Source: Chiloscyllium plagiosum
Lineage: Eukaryota
Length of the DNA: 64,000 nt
Assembly: GCF_004010195.1 (NCBI RefSeq)
Contig: NC_057727.1
Span: forward strand, 10,978,132-11,042,131
Direction: 5' to 3'
Shown here: piece by piece, positions 39,401-50,275 of the stretch
Numbering within the stretch: the first letter of the stretch is position 1
How the letters are laid out: each line of letters begins with the position of its first letter
Made by a program: the position numbers and the translations under genes
Notes under the pieces: generated by a model
Databases searched by the model: none
What the model saw: only the letters and a program-made list of their open reading frames with translations
Told to the model about the DNA's origin: nothing

Positions 39401-40949
39401 AGGGATTCCAAAACTAGAGGGCACAGGTTTAAGGTGAGAGGATAATGATTTTAAAAGGACCTAAGGGGCAAGTTTTTCACGCAGAGTGTGGTGCATATAT
39501 GGAATGAGCTGCCAGAGGAAGTGGTGGAGACTGGTACAATCAAAACATTTAAGAGTCATCTGAATGGGTATATGAATAGGAAGGGTTTAGAGGGATATGA
39601 GCCAAGTGCTTGCAAATGGGACTAGATCAATTTAGGATATCTGGTTGGCATGGACCAGTTGGACCTTAGGGTCTGTTTCCATGCTGTACATCTCTATGAC
39701 TCTAAGTAGGTTTTCCCCTCATGTTGGTTCCCTGAAACAAGCAGATATGGTACATACACCCTTTAAGATCCAATCAGCTTTGATGCCACACAGCCACCCT
39801 TAATGAAAAACACTTCAATCCCTCAGTGCCTCTTGGATGTGATGTTCAACCAGGAGGAGTACTGATTCACCACCTGAAGGAAAGCAAGATGTGGCAATAA
39901 GTGGCAGGTCTTTTGCTTTTGTTTGGCCTGTTGCCACGTGACTTCATGCAATGCAAAATCATTTAAGGAAGCCATTCACTCCTGGCTGTTTACCATAGTG
40001 TTAGTACCTCTGGTAGTTTCTTGCCCATGTTGCTTCTGAGTCACAAATTGAACATTCATATCTTTTCCATTGCAAAAACTGAATATTACAAGTGAGATTT
40101 TCTTCTAACATTTCTCTAAAACTCCAGACAAGGCATAGAAAAATACTTTCCTCTAACTGATGCTCCTTTTTTCCAGTTCTATTCACCCAGTTTTCTCTTT
40201 CACAAGAACAGAAAATGCTGGAACTCAGAACAAAGATTTCCTTGACTTTGCCCACATGACTTGCTCAGTCCAACCTTTTTAGGTTGTTTCAGATTTCCAG
40301 CAGCAGCAGTTTCTTTTTCAGGTTATCAGGAGTTTGTTTCATCATACCAGTCTTGATTTTCTTCTTTCTTTTACCCGTGCTACAATAAACTCTCCTTGTA
40401 TCACTCTCCTAATACTCTTCTGTTTCTCCCAGCTCCTTATTGATGTTGAAGTGGAGTCTGTGGTAGACTCCTAATCTCACTCATCCTTCCCTAGGACATT
40501 AAAACCCTTCAAACTCCCCTCCCTCCAATAAATGATAAACTTCCAAAGCACAAGCTGGAAAAAGTAAAGCCCCCAAAGTGTTCGAAATTTTTAAACAGCC
40601 TCTGTGGAGAGAGAACTGGTGTTTAGATTCAGTGACCATTGACTTGGAAGATCGTCTCCTCAACCTTGTTGATATGACTAGAACATGAAATATTGGAAAA
40701 TTACTCAGTCAGCAACTGTGATGACAGAAGTACTGTTTCAACTGGACGACCATTGACTTGTGTTATCTATTCTCGGCATGTGAGTTTTTGGCCTTCCGAC
40801 TATGTTATTTTCAGAAGAACGATGATTATATACACTCACTCACTCACGATTACTCCTCTGATGCCGATGCACAACCTTGCCTCCCCAGTGAAATTATTTA
40901 CCTGTTGAACGGTTAAAATCGGTGATGATGACGAGGGGTAAGGCGGCAA

Positions 40950-41380
40950 TGGGGTAGAGGCTGACTATTATGCGGATGGGTCTCCCGCCTGCTCGAGCCG
41001 GTGACCGTTATCCTCCCCCGCGTGGCGCGGGCGGGCGCGAGCTGGTGACCGTTATTCTTCTCTTCACACACACACCCCCCCCCCCCCGGTGCGGGCGGGC
41101 GGGCGGGCGCGCGCGAGATAGTGACCGTTATCCTTACCCCTCCCGTGGTGCGGGCGGGCGCGCGATGGTGACCGTTATCCTTACCCCTCCCCCCGCGAGC
41201 GAGTGAGCGCGCGGTAGCTTCAAATGCTCGAGCGAATTCGTCTCACCAAGGGGCCGGCGAGTAACTGGTCTCCTCCCCGAGAGAGTACCAACCAACCCCC
41301 TACCGTCCGTATTAAATCGTCCTCCTTTTTAATATAGTTATTTTACTTTAACTGAGAATAGTCACTTTTGCTTTTCGAAA
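40950..41380 (+). promoter_or_regulatory. CpG island, probable C3orf62 promoter, with 4 GTGACCGTTAT units, GC boxes and CHR-like sites
   Basis: Only CpG-dense non-TE stretch; units at 41001, 41045, 41121, 41168; TTCAAA at 41219, TTCGAA at 41374. The link to C3orf62 is inferred. Confidence 0.7.
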
Positions 41381-41728
41381 AGTCGAGCCTTCACACCTTG
41401 TAGTGTCAGCTCATTAGATCACATTTATAGCTCGTAGGTGATCTGGGTATATCGCATTTCTGGGAACTTGCTGTTCGCAAATTGGTTACTCCTTTTCCTA
41501 CATTGCAGTATTGACAGTATGCCAGGAGTAGCTCATCGGCTGTAAAGCTGTTCTGCGAGGTCCTGAGGAAATGAAAGGATTTCTATATGTAAGTGCAAGC
41601 ATTTCTAATGTTGTGCTAACATAATGTTTTAACCATCCTCTTACACCTCTATGACTCGAAGTCTTCTGTGTGAATGCTTTGAAGACAGTTTGGTGGTTCA
41701 ACTGTCTATTACAATTCATATTCATGAA

Positions 41729-43740
41729 TTCAAAGTTTGTGAGAAGATTTGTAGCTCCGGTGCTCGTTGTTGTGGTTCTGTTCGCCGAGTTGGGAATTTG
41801 TGTTGCAGACGTTTTGTCCCCTGTCTAAGTGACATCCTCAGAACTTGGGAGCCTCCTGTGAAGCGCTTCTGTGATGTTTCCTCCGGCATTTGTAATGGTT
41901 TGAATCTGCCGCTTCCGGTTGTCAGTTCCAGCTGTCCACTGCAGTGGTCGGTATATTGGGTCCAGGTCGATGTGTTTGTTGATAGAATCTGTGGATGAGT
42001 GCCATGCCTCTAGGAATTCCCTGGCTGTTCTCTGTTTGGCTTGTCCTATAATAGTAGTGTGCATGGGATTTTGTACACTACGTTGGTTTTGCTCATGCTG
42101 GGTATCAGGTCCTTTGTTCTGGTGAATTGTTGTCTGAGAGTGACTGTTGGTTTGTGTGCTGTTATGAGTCCTAATGGTCGTAGTAGTCTGGCTGTCAGTT
42201 CAGAAATGTTCATGATGTATGGTGATGTGGCTAGTCCTTTGGGTTGTGGCATGTCCTCATTCCATTGTCTTTCCCTTAGGCATCTGTTGATGAAATTGTG
42301 GGGGTATCCGTTTTTGGCGAATACGTTGTAGAGGTGTTCTTCTTCCTCTTTTTGCAGTTCTGGTGTGCTGCAGTGTGTTGTGGCCCTTTTGAACAGTGTC
42401 TTGATGCAAGTTCTTTTGTGTGTGTTGGGGTGGTTGCTTTTGTAGTTCAGGACTGTTCACGTCTATCGACAAAACCCTAGCCAGAGAAACAATAGCCAAC
42501 CTGCTGGACATACAGAACAGACAACAAGACGGGGAAACTATCAACAAAGACTGCATACTCAAACTACTGGACCTGTTCCTCACAACACACTTCACATTCA
42601 ACAACCAAATATATGAACAAATCTCTCTGGACTCATAGCAGAAGCTGTAATGCAAAGATTAGAACACAGTCTTACCGCAAATTCAACCCAAACTCTGGGT
42701 CAGATATGTGGATGACACCTTTGTAATTATTAAAAACACAGAAATAGAAAACACACACCGGATCATCAATGCCACACTCACAGGAATCAGATTCACTAGA
42801 GAGGAAGAAAAGGACAACCAACTCCCATTCCTAGACGTGATGGTACAGAGAACACCGAACGGAGAATTCACCACAAAGGTATACAGGAAAGCCACACACA
42901 CAGACCAAGTCCTGAACTCTGAAAGCAACTACCCCAACACACACAAAAGAACTTGCATCAAGACACTGTTCAAAAGGGCCACAACACACTGCAGCACACC
43001 AGAACTGCAAAGAGAGGAAGAAGAACACCTCTACAACGTATTCGCCAAAAACGGATACCCCCGCAATTTCATCAACAGATGCCTAAGGGAAAGACAACAG
43101 AATGAGGACATGCCACAACCCAAAGGACTAGCCACATTACCATACATCAGGAACATTTCTGAACTGACAGCCAGACTACTACGACCACTAGGACTCATAA
43201 CAGCACACAAACCAACAGCCACTCTCAGACAACAACTCACCAGGACAAAGGACCCAATACGTAGCGTGAGCAAAACCAACGTAGTGTACAAAATCCCATG
43301 CAAGGACTGCATAAAACACTACATCGGACAAACAGAAAGACAGCTAACGATCCGTATTCATGAACACCAACTAGCCACGAAACGACACGACCAGCTATCC
43401 TTAGTAGCCACACACGCGGATGACAAGCAACATGAGTTTTACTAGGACAACACTACTATTATAGGACAAGCCAAACAGGGAACAGCCAGGGAATTCCTAG
43501 AGGCATGGCACTCATCCACAGATTCTATCAACAAACACATCGACCTGGACCCAATATACCGACCACTGCAGTGGATAGCTGGAACTGACAACCGGAAGCG
43601 GCAGAGACAAACCACTACAAATGCTGGAGGAAACATCACAGAAGCGCTTCACGGGAGGCTCCCAAGCACTGAGGATGTCACCTAGACAGGAGATGAAACA
43701 TCTGCAACACAAATTCCCAACTCGGCGAACAGAACCACAA
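41729..43740 (+). mobile_element. Penelope-like element: inverted 3' copy (41729-~42450) joined to forward RT/GIY-YIG copy; 12-bp TSD CATATTCATGAA
   Basis: RYVDDTF, LPFLDV, VYRKATHT, VVYKIPC..C..HYIGQT..RIHEH; TSD at 41717-41728 and 43741-43752. Confidence 0.92.
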
Positions 43741-43855
43741 CATATTCATGAAGCCTAATAATCCCATATGGTCAATTGTGATGAGTCTTCGCCAATAAAT
43801 AAGGTACTTCTGTCTATCAGAGCTGATTAAATAATTATTCATGAAGTCAACTCAC

Positions 43856-44031
43856 TGTTCTGGTTCTGTTTGCAAAGCTGGGAATTTGTGTTGCAGACGT
43901 TTCATCCCCTGTCTAGGTGACATCCTCAGTGCTAGACAGAGGATGAAACGACTGCAACACAAATTCCCAGCTCGGCGAACAGAACCACAACAATGAGCAC
44001 CTGAGCTACAAATCTTCTCACAAACTTTGAA
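43856..44031. mobile_element. Small fold-back Penelope pLTR insertion
   Basis: Inverted pLTR halves; flanking direct repeat GTCAACTC(A/G)CT. Confidence 0.8.
43893..43932 (-). ncRNA. Minimal type I hammerhead ribozyme motif
   Basis: GCA-CUGAGGA-U-GUCACC-UAGACAG-GGGAU-GAAAC-GUC^UGC: all core nucleotides present, stem I GCA/UGC, palindromic ACGU stem III. Confidence 0.75.
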
Positions 44032-45438
44032 GGTCAACTCGCTATTAATTAGTGGCACTCTGCCATATTCAATGCAAGATGGTTGTATTATTGTTTAGAA
44101 ACTAGCAGCACCCATTTAAATGCCAAACAAAAACAGGAACTGCTGGAGAAACATCAATAAAGAGAGAAACAAAGTTAACATTTTTGAAAACATTAACTTT
44201 GTTTCTCTCTCCTCAGATCCTGCCAGACCTGCTGGCCATCTTCAGCACTTAATGTTTTTACTAGATCTCCAGCATCTGAAGTACTTTGCTTTAGTTCAAA
44301 TCCAAAACCTGGCTCAAGATAGTAGGAGCTGTAAATAGATTAGGAGGAGGTTAAATGAATAGGTAAACATTTCAGCCACTAAGTCCACTTTAGGTCACTG
44401 TGCTCGATGACACCTGTGATTTTTGTCTCATTTTTTCAAGAATGCCTTCTAATGGAAGATCCAGCAATCAAAGAAGGAACAAGGATATTGGAAAAGAGGA
44501 GCAAACAATTTTATTCAGTCACTTTCATTCACTTCTTGAGGAGAGATTTTGCAGAGAAAGACTGTTGTATCTCCATGGGAAGGACTGTATTTTAGTATCA
44601 GCCCCTATAACTGCAGATTAATGCAAACAAAATTAATAATGTTACAATTGGGTAAAAAATAGTTTTTACGGGCAGGAGATGAAGCAACAAGAGGACATAA
44701 ATTTAAAACAATTGAACCTTTGGGAGATTAGGAGGATTTTTTTTAAAAAAGCATATCTAGTTGATCTGGTATGCAATGCTTGATAGGGTAGGAGAAGCTG
44801 TTAGAATAGTAACTTTCAAAAGGACTTGGATTATATGGCTTCAAAAGAAAATAACTCTCAGATGTGGGGAAAGAGCAGGAAAGTGGATCTTTTAAGATAG
44901 CTCTTTCAAAGAGCACTTATAGGAACAATATGCCCATCGACATTCTGTGTTGTATAATTATGTGGGTAGGATTGGAAAGGCAGCATATTGGTCACTCTGT
45001 TTCTTCCTTGGATGCCAGCATACTCTTCATCTTCTAAAACTTCTGCTTCACACGACATTTCTCACCTCTCTGACCAGCAATTACTTGCATGCAGAACCTT
45101 ATCATTTTTCACATTAACCTGGTAATATCACTAGATCTCATAGTATCTGCCTGATGTTATCTAGAGGATTATCCTCATTTTAGCTTTTACCTAATTCACT
45201 TAACCTTGTTGCAGGAGAAACTTGTGCAGGGTGCTCATGAGTGGCAGGACACAAGAGGGAACATCCCCACATAATGCATTCCCAACAAGGAGCAGACCAT
45301 GGACCTGCTGGGGAAGATACTGCCAGAGGCTCATCTCAAGCAGCCACAGGGCATCTATGCAATATCACCCATGGTGCCTGCAATCAGGTAACTGACACCC
45401 TTTTTAAAGGAGCTGGGAAATCCATTCAGTTTGAATGA

Positions 45439-45830
45439 ATGAAAAGCAAGGTAGTAGAATGATGGATGGAGAGTGTAGTGCTGGAAAAGCATAGCAGGTC
45501 AGACAGTATCCGAGCAGCAGGAGAAACGTTGATTCTCCTGCTGCTCGGATGCGTCTGACCTGCTAAGCGTTTCCAGCACTACATTCTCGACCCATCATAC
45601 TACTACCTTGCTTTTCATGATGGATCGAGAGTGTAGTGCTGGAACCGAGAAGCAGGAGAATCAACATTTCGGGCATAACCCCTTCATCAGGAAGGGCTTA
45701 TTCCTGATGAAGGACTTATGCCCAAAACCTTGATTCTCCTACTCCTCGGACGCTGCCTGACCTGCTGTGCTTTTCCAACACTACCCTCTCGACTCTGAGC
45801 TCCAGTATCTACAGTCCTCACCTTTTCCTA
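45439..45830. repeat. Compound fold-back of Penelope pLTR fragments
   Basis: Two consecutive inverted pairs; the first also inverts flanking DNA (ATGAAAAGCAAGGTAGTAG). Confidence 0.75.
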
Positions 45831-47024
45831 GTAGTATAATGGGACCATTCAGTTTTATCATTTATTTGATGAGCCGTAGTGCACAGTGTAGTAAAGGACA
45901 TCTACATAATCTACCATTATCCCTTTAATTTTTCTTCACCAAATTAAGTCTGTATAATTTGCTGAATACCCAAACTGTGTGATCAGATTTATAGAAACCT
46001 TCATGTAAATGTTATCTTCTTGAAAGTTATCATGATGCATTAACCCGCAGGAATTCTACACTCCATAAGCTTTCCAAGGAAGATTGCAAAATGAAAGAAC
46101 ATTTACAAATGACAAAGCATAATTCTGCCTTGACTGATAAAGTCTTTTGAAGAGTCATAATCACTATATCTGCGTTCACTATATAGTGACAGAATGATCT
46201 TTGAGAAGACACTTTGTCCTTAAGATGTTTATCATGCCTTAGTTTTCAAGGAAGACCATTGCAATATGCTTCAAATCATAGCTGGTTATGGCCTACACAA
46301 CCTTGTAATCCAAAAATGCCGAAGCACTGAAAATCTTGGGAAAGTGCCCCTACCTATGTTAGAAACACAGATCAGTGTGATATAGTACTTCTGGGGGAAT
46401 GTAATTCAGAGGGCTCCTCAGTGGCAGCTGCAAGAAACATTTTAACTCAGTTTATTAGTGAAACATTCTCACCCATTTAAACAAAATCAAGTCTTCTCAT
46501 AATTTATTATGTTACAATATTCCAAAAATATTTACATGTTTTTCAACCCAGTATATATCCTGAAACATAACAACTTTGGCCCACTATCTCTCTGGTAAAT
46601 AAATGAGTACAAAACAGGTACACATGTTTAAAATAAAAACAATTTATACTAAACACAAATCATCCTACTCCTTCATCATAAGTATCAAAACATGCCTTGG
46701 TTTCTCCTATAATTATGCTTTCCCTTAGGTGTAATCTCAGGCCATTGTCATGACAGATAATTGTCTACTCTGGTGATCAAAGAAAGGTTCATTGGACTAA
46801 GATATGAGCTTGCTTCTGTGAGGGAGGCAATACAGTTTGCATCCCTGGAGCTTCTACCTATAGCTTAGTCTCTCCTCATGTGCAGAACTTAAATGGCACT
46901 TTGAGAGGTAAGGCCAAATGCCTGCATAAGACATTGTCCCAAAAGAACACAACTTCGAGCATATTGTCTCCAACCTTTACCATTCTACCAAGCTATCTGC
47001 TGTATCTGTCTTTTTGATTAGTAG

Positions 47025-47820
47025 ACTGTCTGGATGTAGGTTTGCTCGCTAAGCTGGAAGGTTCATTTCCAGACGTTTCATTACCCTACTACTACCTTGC
47101 TTTACTCGGTAACATCTACATTAATAGGTAACATCTTCAGTGGGCCTCAGGCAAAGCAATGCTGAAAATTCCTGCTTTCAGTTTATATGTTTGGGTTTCT
47201 TTGGGTTGGTGATGTTATTTCCTGTGGTGAAGTCACCTCCTGTTCCTTTTCTCAGGGGGTGGTAGATGGGGTCAAACTTGATGTGTTTGTTGTTAAAGTT
47301 CCAGTTGGAATGCCATACTTCTATGAATTCTCATGCGTGTCTTTGTTTGGCTTGTTCTAGAATGGATGTGTTGTCCTAATCGAAGTGGTGTCCTTCCTCA
47401 TCCGTATGTGAGGATACTAGTGAGAAAGGGCCATGTCTTTTTGTGGCTAGTTGGTGTTCCATCTACGAGTCCATGGACCCCAGCTATGGGCCGCATGGGC
47501 CCCAGCTATGCCTGCCTCTTCGTAGGGTATGTGGAACAATCCATCTTCCGCAACTACACTGGCCCCACCCCCCATCTTTTGACCTGCTGTGCTGTTCCAG
47601 CAATAAAGTTTCAGGTTCCATCTACCACAGGAAATGACATCACCAACCCAAAGAAACCCAAACATATAGAAAGCAGGAATTTTCAGCATTGCTTCACCTG
47701 AGGCCCACGGAAGATGTTACCTAGTAGGGTGACAAAATGTCTGGAAATGAACCTTCTAGCTCAGCGAGCAAACCCACAGCCAAAACCTCAACCTGAGCTA
47801 CAAACCTTCTCAAAACTTAG
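47025..47820. mobile_element. Rearranged Penelope-like remnant (inverted pLTR copies around an RT scrap)
   Basis: AMG-RMGPSYACLFVGYVEQ RT motif; 47030-47225 inverted at 47627-47780. Confidence 0.7.
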
Positions 47821-50275
47821 CAGACTGTCTGCTCTAACGACAGCTATAAAGTTCTGAGAAACATTGTCCATCATATTGGCCTCCATTATTTCAAAGTTTG
47901 AAAGTGCTATCTATTCTCTTTCCTGCACAGGAAGAGTTGTTGTCTAATTTCTGGCCACTTCCAGAATGAGGAGGTATTGCAAATAGTTGTATTGATTTCC
48001 GAAAATATAAGCTTCTGCAATGTTCCCAAAAATGAGAACTGTAGAGTCAACAGTTGCAACTATCAGTCATTACATATTCTTAAAGACTGACATTACTTGA
48101 ATATCTTTTTGTCAGGAGTGTACACAAGAATAATGAGTCTCACAATTTGAAAGGTGGTATTATTCAAAAAAAAATCCTCAACCACTCATCTATCTTCCAC
48201 ATGCCCAAAAATCATATCCTCACTAACATAGTTCCAAGACATCTGGTTCCTGGGTAAGAGAAAGCAAGTAACTTGGAACAACTTCAAGAGTGTTCAGGCA
48301 GAGAAATATGAAACAAGATCACATCATTCTGTTTCTTTATCTTATTATCTTATTATCACTTTCATCTTATAACCAATGATGAAATTTCTACCTTAATTTC
48401 ATTCCTTCTTATGATCATCTTACCCTTCACAAATCCTGTCTGTCCCTTGCTGAAATTATTCTGCAAAAGAAGAGTATAACCTTAGAATGGATAAAGTTTA
48501 GTCATTTGGATTAGGGAGCTAAAGTAATGTGTGGAAGCCCCTGTGTCAGTGTTCTACCAATGTACAGCCTGCACTGTCCACTCCAGCTTCTTGATGGCTT
48601 ACTCTTCCCAGAAGACGGCCTCTTGATATCCAGGAACTTCTCACAATACTTGTCTTTCTTCTTTTACAAGTATTGTGCACTGGTTTCTTATAACAAACGT
48701 GAATGCAGTGCATTATGGCGAGCATTTGAAAGATATTGCCAAGTGACTTCAGAGAGCTGAGGTGATGTAGCTGGTATGCAAAAATGTTAATTTTCAGATC
48801 TAAGTAATTACTGTTAAACAAAATGACAATAAATATGGTAAGATAGTGAGTGGACCTCTCCAGTGAAGTAATGAAGGTGTTTTGTCCAGCTACTAATTTC
48901 AGATTGTCATCAGTGTGTTGTTCTCTACAGTCTTATGGGAAGAAAGAGACAGCATCCAATATGTTATTAGTTTTTCTTCATCAAGTCATTAAATATTTAC
49001 TTTCATATGCCCAGTTCACAATTTTGCCTATGCCAAGGCCTCCATTAAAAGTGCTGTAAAGTCTTAGTTCTGATGAAGGGTAATTGGACCCAAAACATTA
49101 AATCTGATTTCTCTCCACAGATGCTGCCAGACCTGCTGAGCTTTTCCAGCAATTTCTGGGTTTTTTTTGTGGCTATAAAATCTTAGATGAATTATCTATG
49201 TCATATGCATGACAGTTATTTAAATCTTTTAAAATAATGAGTGCTTATCGATTGCTTGCCTAGACCATTTTCATCATTTTCAGTTTTTTTAAAGGCTTAA
49301 CACATTTTTCACAAATTCTACCACCATTATGTTTCCTGTGTTTATAACACCAATCTTTCTCAGTTTTAGCTGTAAAGATGATTAGCCAAAATTAAATCCA
49401 GGTCACTACAAATGTTTGTAAGGAAAATCCAGTAAAACCTCTGAATGACACATACTGGTCTGACTCATTCTACGTGCTTTAAAATGAGGCTACAATGTGT
49501 CCAGTACTGTATTTTCATTTCCAAGTATTGCTAATTTTTTTTTAGTAATCTTTTCCTCTGGATTGGAACTAAGTTTTATGGAGGAGTATGTAGGTCAGTA
49601 GTGCTTTGTTTCTTGAGCACTAGTTTACGTTTATCCAGTTTATCAAAAATGTGTATAAATCATGTTATTTTTCTGTACTCATATTTTACAAGAGTTGCTG
49701 AAAAGGTAATAGGTATTTAAACTAGCTAGCCTTGAGGTCTCTGGCAGAATCAGCACTAAAACAATCAGTGGGTGGAATTTCTTCAATGACCAAACACATC
49801 TAAATGATCTTATGAATTTCCACATGCTTTCTTCCAGCTGTGATATTCACATTGTCATTCAGTAAACCTGCCTTCATAGGTGCTCACACCAAAATCCACT
49901 GATTTTAAATCAGCCTTAAACCCCCAAAAGGGATTACATTAATTTAATGTGTTGCCACTACCAAAGTTGACTCAGCTATATAAAGTAAAGTACTGTATTG
50001 CAAATAAACAAAAAAATAGAAATTTCTGGAGAAACACAGCAGGTATAGCACCTTTTTTTAAATTTCAAAAATATACTTTATTCATAAAATTATTTTGATA
50101 TCTATACAATTGGTGATGCCATATGTACATATACATTCCATTTCTTTACATACAGAGATCGGAATTAATCATTCGTATATACAAGTCTGTACATTGACCA
50201 TTCAGATATTTTGCTGAGGTGTCAGCAGAGCCCAACTACTGAGTGGGCCCCCTATTCTTCTTAGGCAGGCAGACC

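Larger units (their letters stand above)
30920..39705 (+). mobile_element. Outer CR1 LINE (30920-31105 joined to 38188-39705), split by an inner CR1
   Basis: AAAGGTGGCAAG|..|GAAAAGCCAGGGAACTATAG rejoins as PLFKKGG-KPGNYR; downstream SKFANYTK RT motif and GACTCT tail. Confidence 0.75.

Noticed and set aside
40961-41180. Repeat-spacer pattern resembling a CRISPR array
   Set aside because: Eukaryotic CpG island; 11-bp units, spacers related to one another, no cas genes
46600-49500. Possible decayed transposase on the minus strand
   Set aside because: Looks faintly coding but has many stops and no motif I can assign; needs a translated search
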